Virus record (IMG/VR): IMGVR_UViG_3300009610_000047 | Coordinates: 1-43,752 of that record | Source of the DNA: a virus | Lineage: Duplodnaviria > Caudoviricetes | Strand: one strand, 5' to 3' | DNA: 43,752 nucleotides | In this document: positions 26,501-33,204 of the stretch, in pieces | Numbering within the stretch: the first letter of the stretch is position 1 | Layout of the letters: each line of letters begins with the position of its first letter | Notes under the pieces: generated by a model | The model's input: only the letters and a program-made list of their open reading frames with translations | The model's database searches: none | Told to the model about the DNA's origin: nothing | Made by a program: the position numbers and the translations under genes

Positions 26501-29441
26501 CGAGCCGAGCATGAAGAACTATCTCGACACTTTGATGCGCGATATGCCTCAGGTAGCGGAAACGCTCGAACAAGTGCAGATACAGAGTCTGAAGCAGGCC
26601 AAGGAAAGCTTCGCCGCCGCGGGAGCGCCGGAGACTCCGGCCGTTCCGATTCAGTCGGGGAGCTTGGCGGGAAGAGAAGCGGTGCGCGCCGCCGGTGCGG
26701 GACGCGAAGGCCAAGAAATGGCCGCCCATGCGGATCGGTGGCAGAAGTGGTGGAACTGGGGTTTACACCTTCTCCAAGTGGCGAGTGTCAATCCTCATAT
26801 TCGGCCGCTTCAGATCTACACGGAGTTGGGGAAACTCTTCCAATTGATCGGGAATGGTGTCAAAGCGGAGTCGATGGAAACGCTACGCCACTGGCGCTTC
26901 ACTCGAGCGGAAGATGAAGCTCTCGGGAAGACCTTTGACGACTATATGAATGGGCGCTTCATGCCCGAGGCGGAGAGGGCGAAAGGACTTCGCAAACCGA
27001 CCCCGAAAGAGGTAGGTGATCTCTTTGCGAAGCATGGGCTGGATAAGCTTCCGGGGGCGAGGGCTCAGTTCAATCGAGTGTTGAGGGATTTCGACAATGT
27101 TTTGAACAGACTACATGATGTCCTTCGTCGAGAGGCTTTTAAGATCGACGATCTAGGCAAACAGGCCCAGGCTCTTGAAGCGGGAGATGCACGCATCGCG
27201 GATTTGCGCTCAAAGCCCTTCATGCCAGCCTTTCGTTTCGGCGACTACACTATAACGGTCTATACGAAGGATGAAAAGGTCCCCTATTTTGCGACCTTTC
27301 AGACTGGAAGGGAAAGGGATCGAGTCCTCAAAGAGATTCAGGCGAAATACCCCTCGACGGATGGGTTTAAGGTTCTTCCGGGATTTATGAACAAGGACGT
27401 CAAGCCCCTCATGGGAATGCCGAGTGCGATGTTGGCCTTGATTGATGAGAAGCTCGATTTGAGCAAAACGCAAAGAGCCGCCCTGAAGGAGCTGCAATAC
27501 GACTATAGTCCGGCGCAAAGCTTCTCGCATCACCTTCAGCACAAGGAGCTGGTGCCGGGTTATTCGATGGACTGGCGCCGCGCTTATGCGAATTATATGC
27601 ATCACTTTTCAAACTATTATGCGAGGCTCCTCGCTGTTGATCCAATGAGGGATATGATTCAGCAGACGAGAGATGAAGGCTTCAAGAGGGCGGATGCAAC
27701 GAAGATCAATCAGATCGCAAACTTTATGAGTGCTCATCTTGACACACTCATGAACCCGAGAGCGGACTGGGCCACGGCACGGGGTTTGATGTTCCATTGG
27801 CATCTTGGCTTCGGGCCGATGGCCGCCGCGGTTAACTTGAGTCAGACTCCCGTGATCACCTTCCCCTTCCTTGGGGAGAAGTTCGGTTATGGGAAGAGTT
27901 CCGCCGCCCTACTCAAAGCCTCAACGGATAGGACGAGCTACTTCAAAAAGGGGACGCTCGAAGCGGCCAATTTGGGCGAGCAGAGAGCGCTCGGCGAGGG
28001 GATCAGAGAGGGTCTCCTCGCGGAGAGCCAAGCGCATGAGCTAGCTGGAATAAGCGAGGCGCGGAATATCGGTCGCTGGTTCGGCACACCAGGAGAGCGT
28101 GCTTGGACAAGCTTCGCCGAGTATTCCGCGTTCCTCTTCAAAATGGCGGAAGAGTGGAATAGACGCGTTACACTCTTGGCGACGTATCGATTGGGGATTG
28201 AAAATCCGAATGCGAAGTGGTTGACGGAGATCACGGATCAGAACAGCTTGCAGTTCTCTCGTTTGCTGCAAAAGGGGTGGAGTTCGACCGAGGCCGCCGC
28301 TTTTACTGCCGCGAAGGCGGCGGTGGAGGCGACGCACTACGTCTACTCTCCTTTGGCCCGGCCGAAGATGTTTCAGGGAAAGTTGGGGTCGATCTTCCTC
28401 TTCAAGAGCTTTTTGCACAACACACTGTTCCTTTTGGGGACAAATCCGAACATGGCAGTGAAGAGTTTGCTCATTCTCGGAGGAGTAGCTGGGCTTCAGG
28501 GCCTTCCTGGGATGGAGGACCTTCTCTCCATTGTGAAGGGAATAGGGCAGAGGTTTTTCGGAAGGGAGTTCGATGTAGAAAAGCAAGCGAGGCAGTTCAT
28601 CTTTGATCTCACAAAGGGGAATGTCTCGGCTGATTTGCTCCTTCATGGAGCGTCCCACTATGGGTTCGGGATTCCCCAAGTGGCGCAGATGGCGGGGGTT
28701 CCTGTTCCTTCTGCCGATATGAGCCGCAGCTTGGGGATGGGGAAAGTCCTTCCGGCTGATGTGGGAAAGCTAATCGCCCCGTCGAGGGATTCGCCGAGGG
28801 TTGCCTATCAGGAACTGCAGAGAGCCTCGGGGGCTATGTTCGGACTCGGCTTTGGGATGTATAACTTCCTTACTTCAAGTCCGGTCAATCAGCCGGAATG
28901 GAAGAAGTGGGAGCTAATAATGCCGAGGGCGATGGGGAATGCGAGTTCTGCTATGCGCTACCTCGTGCAGGGGGAAGAGCGGAACAAACTCGGAGAGCCT
29001 GTTTTGCGCTTCGACCCGAAGGATTCGGTCCACATGGCGGAGGTTTTAGCTAAAAGTATGGGCTTCATCCCCACGAGGTTGAGTGAGAGGTGGGAGAATC
29101 TTCAAGCGAAAGCTGAAACGACCGCCTTTTGGGATTTGCGCCGGGAAATCTTGATGAGGCAATTTTGGAGCGTTTATAAGGAGCGAGATAAGGATGGAAT
29201 CCGAGATATGACGAGGGCGATTCAGACCTTTAATCGAGATATTCCTCCGGGATTTGAAGGGAAGAGAATCACCAAAGACGGATTGAAGCAGAGCATTGTG
29301 AACAGACTAAAGGGACAGGCGAAAACGGAACAAGAGCTTCCGCGGAATCTGAAAAACATTGGCGTCTATAGAGAGATTGACAAACTGTATCCGGGAGGGC
29401 AGCTTCCTCCAGGTACGCTTGATGTGAGGAGGGTAAAATGA
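23547..29441 (+). CDS. Giant internal virion / polyvalent-type protein with a zincin HEXXH motif and a PLxRFG-like domain
   Basis: 1964 aa; N-terminal (V)DYDPF repeats; Gly/Ala TM-like segments; GVKAEEL and IEEIQSGW segments; LMHELGHHV...EYFAE; FMPAFRFGDY. Confidence 0.85.
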   Translation: MALVPVDYDPFAEGGEGGQEAPPNVPLEAQAPEPVEAWPQPVPYDPFSGPTPELQGKLVPVDYDPFAPPTKKKVSSSPDDTPLGYVETAWEAGKKGVKESLRDVGELVSGVGRIGNEGFFKGAPTLEEAEIPSPVDHLINMPASQGYSDPKWYLAQLAHGIGRVPPIIAGALAGGAVGGTPGGIAGAATTGALVGVIPAYQEAKAENLSDDDAIYRASLVAATQGMTLAIMGVAGTTAFTSTAAKALADGTVAKIIQHPVREALVQLGIVQPTIGLAGNIAGKAVQSKDLSFDEAATGAINDVMLGGAFASPMLYASAKARRVPGKVTTEPPGPAVAGKGDRLPVERTELKPGETEMIGEGAPVEFGTGIPESQERPIFFSAVADFVQRKGPGRASAEQWLATISQAPGVKAEELTQLDLPSWLRDRDGKVSKEDLLAAIEERQVRLEEIHTTDVADMPKGWTEIAGPNTRYSNYVLPGVWERYGELKLYFPREEPKYIDPHFKGVAGVPVEGLGGRPGNENLLGWGRWTERLDRDGKRTFNIEEIQSGWLQQGREKGFSDKIETSAEREARKQAAVQAVTTLNPEMERIIRANDLLGFDNVNQARQAMREPPTQWEWNSPTDLAFAQRYHQALRHSIETFRTQMEGPVPEAPFKSSWPELFVKRLMRYAADEGYERITWTNGAQQNARYPGLKPEQRAGLTEFYDKILPRLMEKWGGKMGMESGMTHFNRFTDAVYSSMRQRYVDLSPAAGDRIKMGFPLFDQPPPGAIYDSLLDPGGVPNPTEAPRLAEARQGVKLAQKIAKALRVDKDLTFQIVNRPDIRNYGEYHPGSKTIVVNIHGPGGAARIVTTLMHELGHHVMYTHFNHLSIADKAAVIAGYDEWRARLGQNPAMSEVYRARFPAAKMFGEQSAQGGANVTRLTDLSPHWQEYMVGFKEYFAEQTARWASTSEKPLSIVDRFFQGLAKALTSLRELMSKRFGNSFEAEPSMKNYLDTLMRDMPQVAETLEQVQIQSLKQAKESFAAAGAPETPAVPIQSGSLAGREAVRAAGAGREGQEMAAHADRWQKWWNWGLHLLQVASVNPHIRPLQIYTELGKLFQLIGNGVKAESMETLRHWRFTRAEDEALGKTFDDYMNGRFMPEAERAKGLRKPTPKEVGDLFAKHGLDKLPGARAQFNRVLRDFDNVLNRLHDVLRREAFKIDDLGKQAQALEAGDARIADLRSKPFMPAFRFGDYTITVYTKDEKVPYFATFQTGRERDRVLKEIQAKYPSTDGFKVLPGFMNKDVKPLMGMPSAMLALIDEKLDLSKTQRAALKELQYDYSPAQSFSHHLQHKELVPGYSMDWRRAYANYMHHFSNYYARLLAVDPMRDMIQQTRDEGFKRADATKINQIANFMSAHLDTLMNPRADWATARGLMFHWHLGFGPMAAAVNLSQTPVITFPFLGEKFGYGKSSAALLKASTDRTSYFKKGTLEAANLGEQRALGEGIREGLLAESQAHELAGISEARNIGRWFGTPGERAWTSFAEYSAFLFKMAEEWNRRVTLLATYRLGIENPNAKWLTEITDQNSLQFSRLLQKGWSSTEAAAFTAAKAAVEATHYVYSPLARPKMFQGKLGSIFLFKSFLHNTLFLLGTNPNMAVKSLLILGGVAGLQGLPGMEDLLSIVKGIGQRFFGREFDVEKQARQFIFDLTKGNVSADLLLHGASHYGFGIPQVAQMAGVPVPSADMSRSLGMGKVLPADVGKLIAPSRDSPRVAYQELQRASGAMFGLGFGMYNFLTSSPVNQPEWKKWELIMPRAMGNASSAMRYLVQGEERNKLGEPVLRFDPKDSVHMAEVLAKSMGFIPTRLSERWENLQAKAETTAFWDLRREILMRQFWSVYKERDKDGIRDMTRAIQTFNRDIPPGFEGKRITKDGLKQSIVNRLKGQAKTEQELPRNLKNIGVYREIDKLYPGGQLPPGTLDVRRVK

Positions 29442-29734
29442 AGAACTTGAGCGTTTGTCTTGCGCTGCTAGGGCCGCTTTTGGTATTTCCAGGAGAGGCT
29501 CACGAACAGTTCAATGGAAAGCGGAACCAAATGGGCGAGTGGTGTTGCGGCGTCGGGGACTGCTTCGAAATGCCGAAGAGCATTATCAGTATGGACGGAA
29601 AGGGGTATTGGCTCTTCAAACTAGAGCATGTTCCGTTTGCGGAAGTCCAACCGTCGATGGATGGAGGCTTTTGGAGGTGCAAAAGGCCGGACGGAAGTCG
29701 GAGATGTTTCTTTGCGCCGCCTCCGGCGATGTAA
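29438..29734 (+). CDS. Small secreted Cys-rich protein
   Basis: Signal-peptide-like N-terminus; WCCGVGDC...WRC...RCFFAPP. Confidence 0.7.
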   Translation: MKNLSVCLALLGPLLVFPGEAHEQFNGKRNQMGEWCCGVGDCFEMPKSIISMDGKGYWLFKLEHVPFAEVQPSMDGGFWRCKRPDGSRRCFFAPPPAM

Positions 29735-29788
29735 GGGGGACATTGGGCGGCGTTGAATGGCCCTTTTTGGACTCAATGCCCCCCTCTC
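29733..29788. terminator. Hairpin/terminator region at the convergence of the two arms
   Basis: AAGGGGGACATT can pair with AATGGCCCTTTTT, or GGGGGACATTGGG with CTCAATGCCCCCC. Confidence 0.65.
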
Positions 29789-29873
29789 TGATTGGAGCCT
29801 TCCTCGAATGATAATCCACTTTGCCTTGTACGAAGGGTGGGCGACGCCCCTGGAGCGCCAGATTTGCTCCAAG

Positions 29874-31127
29874 TCAGACTTCAGCTGCTTTGATGAGGAA
29901 GTGGACGGACTTCCCATTCGAGTCGAAGGTGCCGATTCGATTCGCATGGCCTGCTCCTTTTAGAGCTTTTAGATAACGGTCGTAGTCCATTTGGGGTTGC
30001 ACTTCCGTCCAGAGATCCTCTGAACTCTTAAGTGCACACCGACTTAGGACGCTGCACAGGGTTGCGATGTCCTGTGCTTCGTTCGAGGAGCCGATGAACT
30101 CAAAGACTTTGAGCATATCGGCTTCGAGTTCGAGAAGGTGGGCCTCGGCCTCCTGGAGATCATCGTCTGTGATGAGGAGATCGTCTCGCCTCGAAGCGGA
30201 GAGGACTATTGCCAGTTTGTGTAGATGGCTTTGCTTCCTCGCAACGTAGCCCGCGACGCGGTCTGAAGAGAGGTGAACCCCCGGACTATTACAGTGCTGG
30301 ATGTACCAGTCCCGACCCCATAGGCGGGCGAATTGGGAGAGCTTCGCCTCTCCAGCGAGCTTCGAGATGTGGATCAAATCTTCCAGGAGGAGTTTCTCCA
30401 AGTCGTAGTAGTCCTTTTTGGGAATGATCTCGTCCGGATACGGAACTAGGTGGCGTTTTTTGTCGGCGAAGACGAAGAGGACCCTTGAGGTAAAGCCGGA
30501 TCCAATGAACTCCTCGGAGAAATTTGCTCTAATCCAAGGAGGAGTTGTTGCAGCGATAATGTTGAGCCAAGAATTTGGGACCTCAATATCTCCGCTGCTT
30601 TTTGTTTTGTGTCGGAAGACATCACTTTGTCCGTCCCACACTCGGATAAGAAAAGAAATAAGTTGGCTGTCATCGCTGCGAAGGAACGTACCAAGTTCGC
30701 CAATTCCAATTGTGAGACACGACATTGGGATTGGAGGAGGAGGCTTTGCATTTCCTGTTCCTGTTCCGGGGTCATCTGTAGCTCCTGTTTGGGGAAGGGT
30801 GAGAAACTCTGTGGCGTCAGCTAGAGCTTGCCCAAGGGCTTGCCAAGTCATGCTCTCGGGACCGAAGCGGATATTCGGTACTTTGGCCAAGAGCCGCGTG
30901 CCGACTCCGATTGTTGTGCTCTTTGCAACAATTCCGGCGGGGGCGACGAGGACGATGTAGAAGTTGGGGGTCCAGGTGAAGCTCTGCATGTTGAGCCAAA
31001 CACGGCGTCGAAGGGCGCCGGCAATGACGGAGACCCCGGTCCAGAAGTGCATCTTCTCCGGAGCTTCAGAGGCCGCCGTGAACTGGACATAGGCTTTCAG
31101 CCAGTCGTTTGGGAAGTGTCGAGGAAT
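29874..31127 (-). CDS. Replicative helicase-like ATPase (DUF3987/MCM-like); probable ATT start
   Basis: Motifs PNFYIVLVAPAGIVAKST, GELGTFL, LNIIAATTP and GSGFTSR. The frame is open upstream of ATG 31052 through (I)PRHFPNDWLKAYVQFTAASEAPEK to ATT 31127, which has AAGGAG 7 nt upstream. In-frame stop at 31161-31163. Confidence 0.8.
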   Translation of the reverse strand: MPRHFPNDWLKAYVQFTAASEAPEKMHFWTGVSVIAGALRRRVWLNMQSFTWTPNFYIVLVAPAGIVAKSTTIGVGTRLLAKVPNIRFGPESMTWQALGQALADATEFLTLPQTGATDDPGTGTGNAKPPPPIPMSCLTIGIGELGTFLRSDDSQLISFLIRVWDGQSDVFRHKTKSSGDIEVPNSWLNIIAATTPPWIRANFSEEFIGSGFTSRVLFVFADKKRHLVPYPDEIIPKKDYYDLEKLLLEDLIHISKLAGEAKLSQFARLWGRDWYIQHCNSPGVHLSSDRVAGYVARKQSHLHKLAIVLSASRRDDLLITDDDLQEAEAHLLELEADMLKVFEFIGSSNEAQDIATLCSVLSRCALKSSEDLWTEVQPQMDYDRYLKALKGAGHANRIGTFDSNGKSVHFLIKAAEV

Positions 31128-31142
31128 GGTTTTTCTCCTTTT

Positions 31143-31230
31143 TGGCAGCGGTGGAGGGAGTCAAACCCTCCCGAAGCACTCGACGACCTTTCGCGCGCAA
31201 GTCGTTTCGCTTCTGCAAGTCGGCCCCGCT
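31143..31230 (-). ncRNA. tRNA-like structured RNA (88 nt)
   Basis: 5' AGCGGGG pairs with CACCGCT (6/7), followed by discriminator G and CCA. T-arm GAGGG-TTTGACT-CCCTC. Central ACGACTT/AGGTCGT and GAAGC/GCTTC helices. No D-loop GG and no 7-nt anticodon loop. Confidence 0.7.
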
Positions 31231-32022
31231 TCAGGTGGTGAGGACGACGTCTTCGCAGTCGCCCCAGCTCTTCGAGCTAGACTTGAGGCCCCATTGGATC
31301 ACGAGGGGGTCCGGATAAGGGACTTCGTTCAAGAGGGAATCTTTGATCTTCCGAGTTTGGTCCGACTTCGAGTAGGGGATCTGGAAGACGATCGAGTCGT
31401 GGACTTGGATGAGGATTTCGGCCCAGGGGCACTCCTGTTCGAGTTGGAGGGCTCCGCGGAAACAGGTTTCGGCGACAGTCGATTGAGGACCCCACGCAAC
31501 GGCTTCAGGTGCAATGGAGTCGATTCGATCGAAAAATATGATGCGGTAACCGAACGCATTTCGAACTGTCCGAGACGACGCCAGGGCGAACTGGACCCTT
31601 TTGTGCCATTCACGAATGCCTGGATGGAGAGAAAACCACCGACGTTGAAAATCTTCAGCTTCAAGTAGAGTCCACGCGATGTCTGGGTTGAGATGAAGTG
31701 CGCGAGGAGTAGCGAGATAGTTTGTAGCATGAACTGTTCGTTTGAGTTTATCGTAGAGAAGCCCTTTAGGCGTTCCCTTATCCGAGCGGTTTCCTGGAAG
31801 ATCGCTATAGCGTTGTCCGAACATATCGATCGCATTCTTTTCGTGGATCTTAACTCCTGAGCGAAAGGCTTTTTTGAGGTCATTGTCGTCGGCCTCCCAT
31901 GCGACCACCTGGGCATCTGCACCAGAGAGGTCGGCGTCAAGGATAAGGTAGCCCGGATCGGGGATGAAGATCTTCCGGACTCGTGGAAGCTTGTAGATTT
32001 GAGGTCCTTCAGGGGCTTCCAT
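31231..32022 (-). CDS. polA: DNA polymerase family A, C-terminal (palm/fingers) subunit
   Basis: RKIFIPDPG, motif A DADLSGADAQ, motif B K.TVHATNY, motif C QVHDS. ATG 32022 overlaps the upstream stop (TGATG). Confidence 0.9.
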   Translation of the reverse strand: MEAPEGPQIYKLPRVRKIFIPDPGYLILDADLSGADAQVVAWEADDNDLKKAFRSGVKIHEKNAIDMFGQRYSDLPGNRSDKGTPKGLLYDKLKRTVHATNYLATPRALHLNPDIAWTLLEAEDFQRRWFSLHPGIREWHKRVQFALASSRTVRNAFGYRIIFFDRIDSIAPEAVAWGPQSTVAETCFRGALQLEQECPWAEILIQVHDSIVFQIPYSKSDQTRKIKDSLLNEVPYPDPLVIQWGLKSSSKSWGDCEDVVLTT

Positions 32023-32312
32023 CAGAGGATCTTCCCTTTGAGGATGTCGAGGAGGGCGGGATACATCCACTTAGAGTGGTGGGGAGAGGAGTGTTCGATC
32101 TCTCCAATCACTCTGTTGATGATGACGCGGAGCCCCTCGACCTCGGCTTCCTTTAGCAACAGGTCTTGGCCGTTGTTCATGGCAGCTTGCGTCAGCCCTT
32201 CGCATTGGGCCTGCAGTCGTTCGATTTCGTCGGCGAGCTGCCAGACCAAATATTCCTCTGGCGGGCCGCCGAGGTTACGTGCGTAGTCGCGAGCCTGTTT
32301 TACGAGGTCCAT
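32022..32312 (-). CDS. Hypothetical coiled-coil protein (ADEIERL motif)
   Basis: GGAGG RBS; overlaps at both ends. Confidence 0.7.
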   Translation of the reverse strand: MDLVKQARDYARNLGGPPEEYLVWQLADEIERLQAQCEGLTQAAMNNGQDLLLKEAEVEGLRVIINRVIGEIEHSSPHHSKWMYPALLDILKGKIL

Positions 32313-32365
32313 TACTTGTCCTCCGCCTTCGTGCGCTGCTCTCTGATCGTCCGTTGGGTTGTCAT
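32312..32365 (-). CDS. 17-aa coupling mini-ORF (MTTQRTIREQRTKAEDK)
   Basis: ATGA overlap with the upstream stop and TAATG overlap with the downstream start. Confidence 0.5.
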   Translation of the reverse strand: MTTQRTIREQRTKAEDK

Positions 32366-32715
32366 GTATTTGTATTCATCGGGGAGTAATAGCGGGAGTA
32401 CATCCCGGACGGCTCAACGATGTGGCAGAATTTGCCGTCGCTACGTTCGCGGATCACTTCAATCCACGTGCCTCCAATCTCCGCATCAACGACCGTATAC
32501 TCGCCTTCCTTGTGAAGGCGAATGCCCATCACAGGCACCGCTTCCCGCAGGTGTGGTCCTGCTAGAGCCGTCCGCAGCCGCTCGATCTCTTTACTCTGCT
32601 CGCCGTGTTGAGCTTTCCAAATATTGACGGTGGCTTGTAGCCGCTCGATCTCGTCTGTCAGGGCGGCAACTTCCTCAAAGTGGTCCATAGCGTCATTCGA
32701 TGCGTCGTCCATCAC
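32362..32715 (-). CDS. Hypothetical protein (two EIERL motifs)
   Basis: Starts immediately after the dUTPase stop. Confidence 0.7.
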   Translation of the reverse strand: MMDDASNDAMDHFEEVAALTDEIERLQATVNIWKAQHGEQSKEIERLRTALAGPHLREAVPVMGIRLHKEGEYTVVDAEIGGTWIEVIRERSDGKFCHIVEPSGMYSRYYSPMNTNT

Positions 32716-33204
32716 TTAAACTCCTGTTGAGCCGAACCCCGCGGGGCCTCTGGGCGTTTTGGGAAGGTCGGAGAGGGCGATCTCTTCGACCTCGCGGAGG
32801 AAGGGGAGAGGGAGGATCAAGAGCTGAGCGATTCGATCCCCATGACAGACATGGTGAGATTCGAATGAAGTATTGACCAAAAGGACCTTCACCTCACCCG
32901 TGTAGTCTGGGTCAACAACTCCGGGAGCGTTTGCGACGAAAACGCCGCGAGCCGCCAAGCCGCTTCGGGAGCAGACGAGGAGAAAGCCCCCCTCGGGGGG
33001 AATGAGGACAAGCCCCGTGGGGATCATCGCAGTGGCCTGGGCCGGAATGATCTTCGATGAAGGTCGACCGCTCTCCGTTAGGAGGTGGGCCGCAATATCA
33101 TAACCGACGCTGTTTTCGAGAGCCCTCTTGGGTAGGACAGCCTCGGGATGCATACGGTAGACTTGGAGAGTCTCTTTGGGCCAGTGTGGTGGACGGAAGA
33201 TCAT
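32716..33204 (-). CDS. dut: Trimeric dUTPase
   Basis: Motifs VGYDI, SRSGLA, GVVDPDYTGE, GDRIAQL and RGPAGFGSTG. Confidence 0.96.
   Translation of the reverse strand: MIFRPPHWPKETLQVYRMHPEAVLPKRALENSVGYDIAAHLLTESGRPSSKIIPAQATAMIPTGLVLIPPEGGFLLVCSRSGLAARGVFVANAPGVVDPDYTGEVKVLLVNTSFESHHVCHGDRIAQLLILPLPFLREVEEIALSDLPKTPRGPAGFGSTGV

Noticed and set aside
25086-26729. 547-aa antisense ORF (also 1699..2940, 3918..4865 and similar)
   Set aside because: Shadow frames of well-supported genes in GC-rich DNA; Arg/Pro-rich with no motifs.
31143-31230. Canonical tRNA, tRNA-Sec or tmRNA
   Set aside because: No U8, no D-loop GG, no 7-nt anticodon loop, no UCA anticodon, no G3-U70 pair and no tag reading frame; kept only as tRNA-like.
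32022-33204. Group I intron or intein splitting polA
   Set aside because: The gap is fully occupied by coupled ORFs; no homing endonuclease and no intein terminal residues.
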